A stretch of 63,922 nt of DNA, counting the filler, from Olpidium bornovanus S191 (Eukaryota; Fungi; Olpidiomycota): the NCBI GenBank assembly GCA_017911155.1. It is 27 parts of 27 records of this genome, joined end to end, with 100 filler letters (N's around TTAATTAATTAA, not from the genome) between each part and the next. Parts side by side here need not be neighbours in the genome. Positions count along the whole stretch, not along the records: positions 1 to 1,001 come from JAEFCI010005087.1; positions 1,102 to 2,484 come from JAEFCI010013230.1; positions 2,585 to 6,864 come from JAEFCI010009075.1; positions 6,965 to 13,795 come from JAEFCI010004902.1; positions 13,896 to 15,784 come from JAEFCI010006047.1; 22 more parts are not named here. One strand, 5' to 3'. Position 1 is the first letter of the stretch. Every line of letters begins with the position of its first letter. This document shows positions 1-14,449 of the stretch, piece by piece. Position numbers and translations under genes: made by a program. Under the pieces are notes generated by a model. It worked only from the letters and a program-made list of their open reading frames with translations. It was not told where the DNA came from and made no database searches.

Positions 1-438
1 CATGTCAAGGGCACGCAGAAAAGGGAACGCAGAAAGAAGAAAGAGTCGAATGTGACGATCTCGTATTAAAAATGCGTATAGGAAGGGGTGGCCTGCAACA
101 TATAAAAAAAAAACGCCGTCCCGCCCGCTCAAAACGAGCAGTTGGAACTCAAAGCAAAAGGGAGATTGGAACCCGCAATAAGATTTCTGCGGGCGGAGGC
201 GTTCGGAGGCCTGTGCGCAAAGGCAGGAAACGATGCCGGCAAAGATTTTGCGGGGCAAGACGGTGAGCGGCTCTCAGCAGCTCAGCTTGCGTCGAAACCT
301 CAGAGCCCGTGGACGGGGCGCGCGCAAGCGGCACAGCCTTTCTCGGCTTCCGAGGGGCCCGGGCCGGGGGTGTTATTAGACTGTAAGCCAGCCGGCTTTT
401 GCCCGGCATTCGGGCTCGGCGGCCGCCGGCGCCGGGGG

Positions 439-936
439 TCACGGAGGCGCATCACAAGGGAGCGCCGGCCCCGCGACAACGGGGGCAGAATCGCACGGCG
501 ACTTCGCGTCAGGCTGTGCCGGGCCGCCGCTGCGCGCCACCAGGGCAAGCAGGAGCCGCCCGTAGTCTCTGGCGGTGGTCTTGGCGATCCTCTCCTCCAG
601 CGGCGTGCCAAACTTCGCGTGATAGGCCTCCTTGATGGGGTTCATGGTGAGCGGGTGGCGGAACCGCGTCACCAGGCGGATGAGCGTCGCGTCTGCCCGG
701 CCCGGGGAAACATTTTGCGGAGCGCGTGAATTTGCGTTGGGTAAGCACCACTCATGCGGGAACGCAAACAAAAAAAAAAAAAAAAAAAAAAAAAAAGGAA
801 CGACACTTGGGAGAAACGTCAAACGTCAATTCGCCCGTGCACGCTGCAAGGTCCCCCTCACCTCGGACGGTGGCACCGGCCATGCTGGCTTCAAAGAGCT
901 CTGCTGCCCACAGCGGGCGATCTCGTACGGAACACA
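439..936 (-). CDS. Annexin, C-terminal part (end of repeat 3 and repeat 4), 5' partial, 2 exons
   Basis: Exon 936-859 CSVRDRPLWAAELFEASMAG, GT-AG intron, then DATLIRLVTRFRHPLTMNPIKEAYHAKFGTPLEERIAKTTARDYGRLLLALV. This matches the annexin repeat pattern (A.RL..SM.G...D..LIR...IK..Y...FG..L...I...T.GDY..LL.AL). Confidence 0.8.
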
Positions 937-1001
937 CTATTTTTTATTTTTTTTTTTTTTTGGCCGACATCGCCGTTATTATAGTTTTCTCCGCCTTTTC
1001 C

Positions 1002-1101
1002 NNNNNNNNNNNNNNNNNNNNNNNNNNNNNNNNNNNNNNNNNNNNTTAATTAATTAANNNNNNNNNNNNNNNNNNNNNNNNNNNNNNNNNNNNNNNNNNN
1101 N
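1002..1101. other. Artificial contig linker (44 N + TTAATTAATTAA + 44 N), 26 copies in the window
   Basis: The same 100-nt spacer, with stops in all six frames, starts at 1002, 2485, 6865, 13796, 15785, 17875, 19095, 20211, 21799, 23494, 25965, 28207, 30290, 31654, 33133, 36277, 38022, 40548, 42376, 46862, 49969, 51141, 55006, 57093, 59868 and 62736. Confidence 0.99.
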
Positions 1102-1166
1102 CAAGCGACCGAAATCACGACAAAATTTTCGACAGGCCTCCCCCTCCCCCCCCCACGCGCGCTTAC

Positions 1167-1963
1167 ATGCGAAAGGTATTACGGCAAAGCTGAAAATTGC
1201 CACGCCCGCGTAGAATGCTGTTGTGCGCCGCGCGCGCAAAACGTGCAACCGTGGGCAGAACTACGTGAGCCTACGGAAGCTTTTCCGTGGACGTCGGCAA
1301 AACCCTTCTGCATCAGGGCTGAGGCCGTCCACGTTAGCCCGAAAGCCGAAAAACAACCGAAACAAAATAAAACAAATCAAAAGAAAAAAAAAAGGGGGGG
1401 GGGGCAGCGAAAACACTTCCGAGATTCCGCGGTGGGGGGGGGGGGCGGAACGGCCGCCTTTGGATAGAGAAACGGGAGGCACCAAAGAATCAAAACCCAC
1501 TGTAGTACGCGGCTTTGATCGTCCCGACCAACTCCACGACCTTGTCCGGGTTGGCCCAGGGGTTCTTGAGGCCGGTATCGGGGTCCGACGTGGACGAGAC
1601 GAGGTACACGTCGACAGGGGTGATCGCCACCGTGGCCAGGCAGAAGAACAGCCCCAGGATCGTCACCCCCGTTGCCAGCCATTCGGCCTCTCGGCGGTCC
1701 TGGTAGTACCTCGTAAACAGGAAAGAAAAGACGAAGAGGAACTGGGGCCCGAGGGGGGGGGGGGGGGGGGGAGGGGGCGGGGGGGGGGGGGGGGGGGCCA
1801 ATGAGATCCAAAACGAGACGGTTTTTATTATTTTTAAGGCAACGGGGGAGGGTTCGGCGTTTGCCGTGCGGAGTGAAACGGAAGAAACCAAACCCACCAG
1901 CACGGTGAAGCCAAACGTCGTCCAGCCCCCCGCGTGGGAGAGGCTGTCCAGCGTGGCGCCCAT
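1167..1963 (-). CDS. LMBRD1: LMBR1-family lysosomal cobalamin transport escort protein (LMBD1-like), N-terminal 3 exons, 3' partial
   Basis: Spliced: MGATLDSLSHAGGWTTFGFTVL | FLFVFSFLFTRYYQDRREAEWLATGVTILGLFFCLATVAITPVDVYLVSS...NPWANPDKVVELVGTIKAAYY | TFYAGVAIFSFAVIPFA. It shows the RYYQ.RRE.E, PVD..LVS and IPF motifs of LMBD1, with phase-consistent GT-AG introns. Confidence 0.85.
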
Positions 1964-2213
1964 GGCCGCTGCAGGCGCAGCGGCGGGGAACCCGCCTCGA
2001 CTTGGGGAGGAGCGGGGGGCAGCGGCCGGCGACTTGAGCCGCCCAGGGGGGGGAGGGGGGTGAAGACGGGAATTCGCCGCGGGGGGGGGGGGGCCGGGGG
2101 GGGACGTCGTTTTCCCTCACAAAGCTGCGGTTTCGTCGACGGGCGTTTCTTTTTTTTTTTCCTCTTTTTTTTTGTTGGACCGGGGGGGGGGGCGGCGCGC
2201 CACACGCGCACGC

Positions 2214-2256
<43 letters not shown>

Positions 2257-2418
2257 TCCCTCTGCTGAAACGAGACCTGAAACAAAGGGGGTTCAGGGGG
2301 GAGATAGCGCACTGCGCCCACCCGGGTTTTCCCCTGAAATCCTCTCTATAAAGTAGGGTAGATTCCCGGAATAGAGCAGCTCCCGCGAAGCTCCTTTCGA
2401 ACGCAGAATTCTACACCC

Positions 2419-2458
<40 letters not shown>

Positions 2459-2656
2459 ACCCCCCCCCCCGCCCCCGCCCCCCCNNNNNNNNNNNNNNNN
2501 NNNNNNNNNNNNNNNNNNNNNNNNNNNNTTAATTAATTAANNNNNNNNNNNNNNNNNNNNNNNNNNNNNNNNNNNNNNNNNNNNAAAAAAAAGAGAAGAA
2601 AAAAAATCGCTCCACCAGGCGATCCCCCCCCCCCGCCCTGTTTTGCCGTTTTCCCC

Positions 2657-2690
<34 letters not shown>

Positions 2691-3005
2691 ACGGGCGAAC
2701 CGGAAAAAAAAAAAGCACACAACGGGATAGAAACGAAAAAAAAAAAAAAGAGACGCGTTTTGCAAGGAGGTGCCGGCCCTCGGAAAAATTAAAAAAAAAA
2801 CAAAACCCGAGGCTTCCCCCACCCCCGTAAACCGCGTTTCTGTCCGCCGCAGCGGGCGGCGGCGTCCACGCGAAGAGGAACGCGCGGCCCGGTGACGACG
2901 TAGGCGCGCGCGCGCGCCGTTCTCGGGCCCCGACAGTCGCGGGACCGCCCGCGGTTCGCGGCCCGCAAAAGAACGGCCCCGGTCGTTCTTTGCTTCGCTC
3001 CGCGG

Positions 3006-3079
<74 letters not shown>

Positions 3080-3732
3080 TTCTCTTTCGGGGACCGGGGT
3101 GAGTTTTTTGCTCCCGAGGGGGGTGTTCGCGTCGCGTTTTTTGCTTCTTCTTCTTTATTTTTTTCCTTCCTCTTCTCTCGCTTTCAGGACGAGGCCGTTG
3201 AGAGACCCTTGACCTGCTGGAAAATGAGAAATTATCCTTGTTGTCCGTTTTGTTCCGCGGACGGCGGCAGTGCACCTTATGCGCTTTCCGACGCGCAAGG
3301 AGGGGCGTGTCTGAGGGAAAGGGGGGGAGGAGGGGGAAAAAGCCACGACCGCCAAATCCGTGTGGCTTCCAATGTGGTGCTCTTTTTCTCTCGCCGTCCT
3401 GATGATGCATTCGCTAAATAAATAATCAAAAAAAGAGCCCTGCCCCCTAAACGGATCAAAAGCCCAGACGGCAGCAAGCGCACGCTCTGGAAAGGGGCGA
3501 AAGGGCGCGCGGGCGCGCGGGGGGGCAGGCCGGCAGGAGGCGGCGGTCACATCCTGGACCGCCTCACAGATAGAAAAGCTGGACTCTACCTGACCCGCAC
3601 GCACTATTAGACCAACAGGAATTCCCGCGCGTTTCAAACCGAAAGAGCAAAAGCGTGTCCCCCCCCCTCCGCGACCTCAAAACGTAAAAAAACAATAAAA
3701 AAACGTGTGACCGGCAGAACGTCTATCTTATT

Positions 3733-6554
3733 TTACTGTTCGTTTTGCGGCGGCGGCGTGCTGTTGCCTGAAGATCTGTGCGGGGTGGCTGATCGCTTCT
3801 TCGACGATTTGGCGGGAGACGAGGCCGGGGTCAGGGAGATCGACGTGATGTTGAGCCCTTCGCCGAAAGACGGCGACCGCGACCTTCGGGGCGACGGCGA
3901 CGACGGGTACCCGTCGGGCGACGACGATCCCGATATGGTCGCCTCGTCCCCGCTCTCTGCGCTGTTGTTCTGGAAGAAAAACACGTCGTCCGCGGTGTCG
4001 TCCGTGCCCACGTCCGCCCAGTTGAACACGCTGTCCGAGAGCAGCGGCGTCGTTCTCGCGTAGCTGCTGACCGTTCCCGGAAGGTTTGCCAGCCATTGGA
4101 AGCTGACCGCCCCGGGAAGGTTGACCAGCCACTGCAGGCGGGCCAAAGTCGACGGGGCAGCCGCCGGCTGCCCGTTCGCGTCAACGCTCAGGTCCTCCTT
4201 GGTAATGATTCGGTTCTTCTCCAAGTTCGGGAACACTGCGGGAGCGTGCTGGTCGATCAGAGCCGTGAGGTCCCTGGAGAGCTCCTCCCGCACCTGCCGC
4301 AAGTTGCGGACGCTGCTAGCGCTGCCGGGAAACAGGGAGAGGAACAGCGGCCGCAGCGACCTGGCGCAAGGCGAGCGTAACGGAATTGAGTCTGCGTCCG
4401 ACGGCGACGGAAGAGAGACAAGAGTCGTTTGTTCCCTCGCGCGCGGAAAAGTTCTCCCCCTCCCTCCCCTTGACGTACCGAAGGATATCGAGACTGGTCT
4501 CCCCGAATCTCACGCTGGCGTACGAAACAAACGGTAGGAGGCAGAGGGTGATGAGGGGCATCGATATCTTGACGGACGGCGAGACATCGAGATGAATTGC
4601 GACTAGCAGCACGATGAATGCATAGAGCCAATAAAAGAGGGGAAGGAGGACGAGGGCCACCAGCAGCTTCCACGTCGCCAGGACATCCCGGCCGGCGATC
4701 TTAACCGTGGATGCGGCGAGGGCCTCTTTTGCCTTCCTGTGGGAAATTATCTTGGCGATGACCGCAATGGGAGCGTTCAGGATTGCGCTGAGGAGCAGAC
4801 TCCTGGTTAAAATTCACGATTCGCCGGGTGACCTGACGAGACACCGCCCCGACGTGACTCCGTCCTCACCCGGGCAAAGCGAACATGCCCATGATTGTCA
4901 GACTGATGGTCCGGTACACCAGGAGCGCCAGGGCCCTCGTGCCGCCGATCTGGGTTTTTTTCACTTGGTGATCTCGTAGGCCGTAGTACTTAAGCATCTT
5001 GTTGTAAGCCATCACCTTCTCCTTGATTTCCTGGACTTCGGGCTTGTCCTTCAGAAGCTCGTAAGCCGCGATAAAACGGCGGTTAAGCTCCAAAATCTTC
5101 GCAGTGGACAGCTTCTTGTGAGCGGGCCGGTACAGCCGGCGGCCGGCCTGGATGACCATAAGGGTTTCGTAGTCGCCCGCGTTAACGGTAACCGTTTTGA
5201 GGGCCTGATAAATGACCTCGAGGAGCTTGCCGCAGGCATCGCGCTTCGCCGCGCCACCCTCCAGAAAGCGGTCGACCAGGTCTGTCGGTATCGTGATTGG
5301 ATCTCCGAACTCGATGACTGCACGCGAGCGGAACTTGTGAGGGTGCAAGTAATTCAACCCGCACGGCACAATCTGGTCGGGAGGGGGGAGAAAACGGCGA
5401 TTTTCGTTCCCAGCGTGAGTCGACGTAAACACGACGACGGTCACAGAGGGGAGATGAAAGAGGAAAATCGCCTTTCACCTTGACATCCAGACCGGGATGC
5501 TCCGCCATGGCTCCCAGGGCCATTATGCAGACACCAGCCTTTAGCGGCAACATTTCGTACCTGTCGTGCGAACCGCCTTCTGGGAATATGCCGACGCACT
5601 CGCCCGCGTTCAGCCTGTCGTAAACCGTGCGGTACATGTCGCCCTGGTCAATATACGGAAGGCACTTGTAGGCGGATCCCTCGGAGGACGTGAGAACCTC
5701 CAAAACCTGGAGGTCTTTGGTCAGATCCTTCTTCAGGACGAGCTCGGTATCAGATATAATTTCAAAGATCTCGGCGGAGCCCAGGTTTTTAGGGAGGGCG
5801 ATCGAGTCCCGCTCGCTGAGCTGTTCCCGGAAGGCGGTGCCAACCCCGACGATGTGCGTGGGGGCAGCTATCCGGTCTTTTACGAAGATGCGACCCAAGC
5901 CCGGCTTGCCGAGGTCTTGCGGCCGCGCGACGGGGACTTTTGTTTTGCATGTGCGTGTGCGTGTGCGTGTTTAGGCGGGATACGGCAGGCGGGCTAAAGA
6001 GGTACGAGACGGCCCGCGGACGCCAAGTCACCGGTGCGCAAGGAGGGAGCGCACACGCGAGACACGTACTGGAGTTGACGGCCTTTGCAAATGCGCCGAC
6101 GTATTTCCTGTCCATCGTCTTCGCAGCGCAGAGGAAACCTACTCGCCGCCTGCATTCGCGGAGGAGAATGAGCGGGTCGACGAACTATACCGTTCGCGAG
6201 AAACACCGGCCCGCCCCAAACCACCCCCCACAAAGGCAAGACGAGCGGGCGGTAAGCGGAACTGGCAAAATTCGCTACATCCACGGCACGGACGGGACCC
6301 TCCAGCCCGCCGCCGTCCCCGGCCACCTGGTGCGGGCGCGGCGGTTTTTTTTTTTTTTTTTTTTTTTTTTTGGCGCCGGAACAGTGCGTGCGGGCGTTCT
6401 TCCCCACCTGATTTGCGTGCGGCGCAGCGACAAAGATAACGGGCCCGGTCTCCGGGATCTTGTGAGCCCCTCGCTGCTTGATGTCCCTGAAGAACAGCGA
6501 AACCACCATGGTGAAGAACCACACAGCTATGTCGTACACCCAAGCAGAGTCCAT
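3733..6554 (-). CDS. SCT1: Glycerol-3-phosphate/DHAP sn-1 acyltransferase (fungal SCT1/GPT2 family), multi-exon, apparently complete
   Basis: Motifs VIFVAAPHANQ|FVDP, GIFPEGGSHDR, IVPCGLNYLHPHKFRSRAVIEFG, KAKEALAASTVKIAGRDVLATWK, C-terminal TM helices and a Ser/Pro tail. Introns are GT-AG. Confidence 0.92.
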
Positions 6555-6774
6555 CGCGGCCGCGGCGGAGGGGCGGACGTTCGGCGGACCTCTCGCCCGC
6601 GTCGACCCGAGGTTCTTGTGCGGCGAATTCGGCGGCGGCGACAGTAGCGGAGGAGAAGGCGGGAGGAGGGCGCGGAAGGTAAACGGCTTCAAAGTCTCCC
6701 TTTCGGCGACCTCGGGCGCGGAGGTGGTGGGGGAGAGGGGCGGGGAAGGAGGGGGGGGGGGGATCTCGTTGCGG

Positions 6775-6812
<38 letters not shown>

Positions 6813-6822
6813 CTCCGGGAGA

Positions 6823-6862
<40 letters not shown>

Positions 6863-6964
6863 AANNNNNNNNNNNNNNNNNNNNNNNNNNNNNNNNNNNN
6901 NNNNNNNNTTAATTAATTAANNNNNNNNNNNNNNNNNNNNNNNNNNNNNNNNNNNNNNNNNNNN

Positions 6965-11327
<4,363 letters not shown>

Positions 11328-11740
11328 GCCACACGGTTTTTTCGTTTTCTTTCGCCGGGAGCCGGCCCCCGTCTCCCCCGTCCGGCGTGCCGGCCCGCGA
11401 CGCGGGGCGCGGAGCCGAAAGGCGGGGGCGGGTCGGGTTCTCCGCGCGCGTGCCTTTGAAAAAGAAGAAAAAAAAAACCTTCGTGCTTGCTCTCCGCGCG
11501 GGGGCAGAAACAAAAAAAAAAAGAAATATATCCAGATTTTAGTTAGTACCAATTCACACGAACTCAAGCAAAATAAAAAATTAGTACTGGCAGTGAGGAT
11601 TGAACCGATGACTAGAGCGTAACGTGCAGATTACTAGCCGTTTAGCTACGCGGTTTGGAACTGAAGTAGTAACACCACAGCAGGTTTATATAGTGCTAGC
11701 AGCTCTCAATGTTTCGGACAAGCTTGGTGCCGCTCCTGAG

Positions 11741-11880
11741 GTGCTCAGCGCGCTCTTGACGCTCCTGTCGCCGGTCTTGATGTTCCTGATGTGCTTAATG
11801 ACGCTCTCAACATTCCGGACGTGCTCAATGCCGCTCTCGATGCTCTTGACGTGCTCAGTGTCGCTCACGACACTCCTGAC
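11741..11880. repeat. Degenerate 30-bp tandem repeat (about 4.5 copies) within ORF 11686-11961(-); encodes a 10-aa repeat V(K/R)S(V/I)ES(G/V)IEH
   Basis: gtgcttaatgacgctctcaacattccggac / gtgctcaatgccgctctcgatgctcttgac / gtgctcagtgtcgctcacgacactcctgac. Confidence 0.7.
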
Positions 11881-12376
11881 GGTCGGTGCCTCGATGTGAT
11901 GCGCCGCGCTCAATGCCCCGTCGTCATTTCGGCGCGGGTATCGGGTAATCCGGAAGGGCACGAGAAACCCCCCGTCGGGGATTATTTCCCCCGGTGTTCG
12001 GGCCCTTCCCCCCTCCGAGCCGTCAACACCTTCCCCCCTTCTGAGCCGTCAACACCCGTCCCCCCGAGCGTCAACACCCTCCGCGGGACGCGCGGAGCCC
12101 ACGCGCAGGGCCAACCAGGGTCGCCGCGCAGAGACCAGCGAGGGCCGCGCGTCCGCGCGGAGCCCACGCAAAGTACCTCGCAGGTGGAAGGCAGACGGCG
12201 GCGCGCCAGCGCGCCGCCTCTGTATAAATAGCGCCCTTCTCCCCGCCTGTGTATCACTTTACACAACACTACTTTTCCTTACCTGGGAAATACCATTTCC
12301 CCGACTCGTAACTTGAAACTCCTTGACCAAGGACCTGACCGTGGGTATTGGGCCTGACTTGTACATCCACAGTACA

Positions 12377-12693
12377 CTCGAGCACAGTCAGCTGCCAGTG
12401 CGGCTTAAAGCCGCGCTTTTCCCCAATATCACGCACAAGGTGCCAGAAAGGACGTCTTGGGATGAGTAAGTCCGTGGTTCTTCAATACCGCCGTATCTCC
12501 CGAAGTGCGCGAACGCCCGGGCAGTACCGATACACGTGTTTTGGTGCATCTTCATCCGCAGATGCTTCGCGAGTCACTGGAGCGATCCAGTTATGCTGCT
12601 GCTTCTGCTTCTTGCGCGGTCGACTAGCTGCAGCAGCAGACGCGTTGCTAGCCTGCCCATTTTGTTGTTCTGACTGGCGGCGGGTGACAACCA
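12377..12693 (-). pseudogene. Histone H3 variant / CenH3-like pseudogene fragment
   Basis: MVVTRRQ...[55 protein letters not shown] aligns to H3 [49 protein letters not shown]. In-frame TGA at 12482-12484; similarity is lost after VLEC. Confidence 0.85.
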
Positions 12694-12723
12694 TTTTGCA
12701 ACGTGGGTGTGTGTATATTACGG

Positions 12724-13671
12724 AAAAACTACTACGCAAAACTACCGCGCAAACGTTGTGAAGGAGGGTGAGTGTTAGTTTTGAGTGAAAGAGATAAAAA
12801 AGGAAGGGAGAACCTATCCCCACCATTTATCAGCAATGAAATCCGAAGGCATGATGGCGTAGGCTTTCACCATGCATTGGGCATAGTGTACTTGTCGGCA
12901 TGGGCCTTGAGACTTTTTTGGTGTTACCTCTCGGAACCCAAGGTCGTTCCGAGAACATGCAACCCTCCATGGGACATTCATAGTTGCCGAGGCAGGATTT
13001 GTTGTGGGTCAGTCCGTTCTTTGATTTGTTGGAGCCGTACACAATTGTAGCCCAGCCAACGCTTCGAACATCCCGAGCTGTGTATCCATCAGGAATGTCA
13101 AAGCAGTAGTAGATGGTTCCTTGTGGGTATTCAGGCGTTGATTCCAATGCCGTTGATTCCAATGCCGTGCCGATTCCAGTTTGACAGGATGTTGTTGGGG
13201 TGGTGATAGGAAGAGCTGTATTTTCGTCATCTGCCGACAATTGACTTGAAACATCGGTAGTCAGATCTGCATCTGTAGTGTCTGCCGAATAAAAGAACAT
13301 TGATGATGACGGACTCTGTAGCGGAGGAGCGGGTCATCAACAAATGATTAGCATAGCAATGATCCCATCGATCACGCGTCTTGTAAGACTTGTAGACTAG
13401 GCTTTGTATTGGGGTCAGCGTTCAAGACGATCGTAACTATGGTGTAAACGTTGAAGTAAAGAGCGAGAGAAGCGAAAAGCGGTGACTTGCTTTTATCGAT
13501 GAGAACGAGTGCGCGGATTGGATAGTCATGGATGGCCCATCCGCGAGCGTCAAGAAAAAACTATAAATTAATCTATGTACAAGGCGCGCGTCACACGGTT
13601 TTGAGGGAGGGAGAGAGATAGAGAAGAAGCTGCTTTCAAGATCTGCGTAGTAGTTTTGCGTAGTAGTTTTT
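12724..13671. repeat. Perfect 22-bp inverted repeat pair (12724-12745 and 13650-13671), built from a 13-bp unit AAAACTACTACGC
   Basis: aaaaactactacgcaaaactac at 12724 and its exact reverse complement gtagttttgcgtagtagttttt at 13650. Confidence 0.85.
12830..13300 (-). CDS. GCM (glial cells missing)-like zinc DNA-binding domain ORF, probably truncated and transposon-associated
   Basis: PEYPQGTIYY...VGWATIVYGSNKSKNGLTHNKSCLGNYECPMEGCMFSERPW...LCPMHGESLRHH follows the GCM pattern EWPD..Y...SWAM..N......KKSCLGVVVC...C....RP......CPNC.GPL. Confidence 0.65.
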   Translation of the reverse strand: MFFYSADTTDADLTTDVSSQLSADDENTALPITTPTTSCQTGIGTALESTALESTPEYPQGTIYYCFDIPDGYTARDVRSVGWATIVYGSNKSKNGLTHNKSCLGNYECPMEGCMFSERPWVPRGNTKKVSRPMPTSTLCPMHGESLRHHAFGFHC

Positions 13672-13977
13672 TACCTTGGTTAGTTGTACAGCGACCAGAC
13701 CACCCAGAGCGACCCTGGCTCAACCAGTCTAGTCAATACCGTCCACCGATGATCGATTGGAAGCCAACCATGTTGTAGCAGCATTACAAGTTGAANNNNN
13801 NNNNNNNNNNNNNNNNNNNNNNNNNNNNNNNNNNNNNNNTTAATTAATTAANNNNNNNNNNNNNNNNNNNNNNNNNNNNNNNNNNNNNNNNNNNNAAGTG
13901 CCGAGTGATCTTTTTCCTTTTGGGGGACCAACTTTTTTTTGCGTCAAAAGGGGGCGGTGGGGGGCACTTTTCAGGGG

Positions 13978-14011
<34 letters not shown>

Positions 14012-14449
14012 AAGCCCGCGCCGATCCCGTTGGGGGAGACTTCATGGTCCAGCGTGCTCCTCCGCCGCCGCCGCCGCAAAGGCCCGGACCGCGGGGGGCG
14101 ACCGCACCGGCTGTCCGTGGCCATAGCGCAGAGGACTTTCGCAGCAGCACCGTGTCTGCCGCCAGAGCCGGGGGCAACCGGCCGGAGAGGAGCTCCAAAC
14201 TGCTCGGGCCTACTGGCACGAGGGCAAAACGCCCCGGCCCCGCAATACCTGCTGTTCGCGGAGACGCAGGTCCCGCCACGGTGAAACAGCGAAAGGAGCG
14301 GCCAACGAAAAACAGGGAATGGGACGTGAGTGCGGTCGGAGAGCGCCTAGGCCCGTCCGCCTTGGGGAAAACGTTTGCTCGGGGGAGGGGGGGTTACCTT
14401 TTTTTTCCCGCCGTTCCCGATCTGAACCCGAACCCGGCTGCATCGCTCC

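Noticed and set aside
1046-1057. Regularly recurring TTAATTAATTAA palindrome as a biological repeat or CRISPR-like array
   Set aside because: It is always centred in exactly 44+44 Ns, so it is an artificial six-frame-stop linker. No CRISPR array is present in the window.
11575-11655. tRNA gene on the minus strand (A-box-like TAGCTAAACGG, B-box GGTTCAATCC at 11597-11606, T6 terminator)
   Set aside because: The acceptor, anticodon and T stems do not pair. At most it is a tRNA relic or SINE-like Pol III remnant.
11995-12267. Solo LTR (TGTT...CAACA with TATA box)
   Set aside because: No target-site duplication and no second copy in the window; the termini could be chance.
13700-13900. Functional linkage between genes on neighbouring contigs
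   Set aside because: Contig order is artificial, so no adjacency across a linker is informative.
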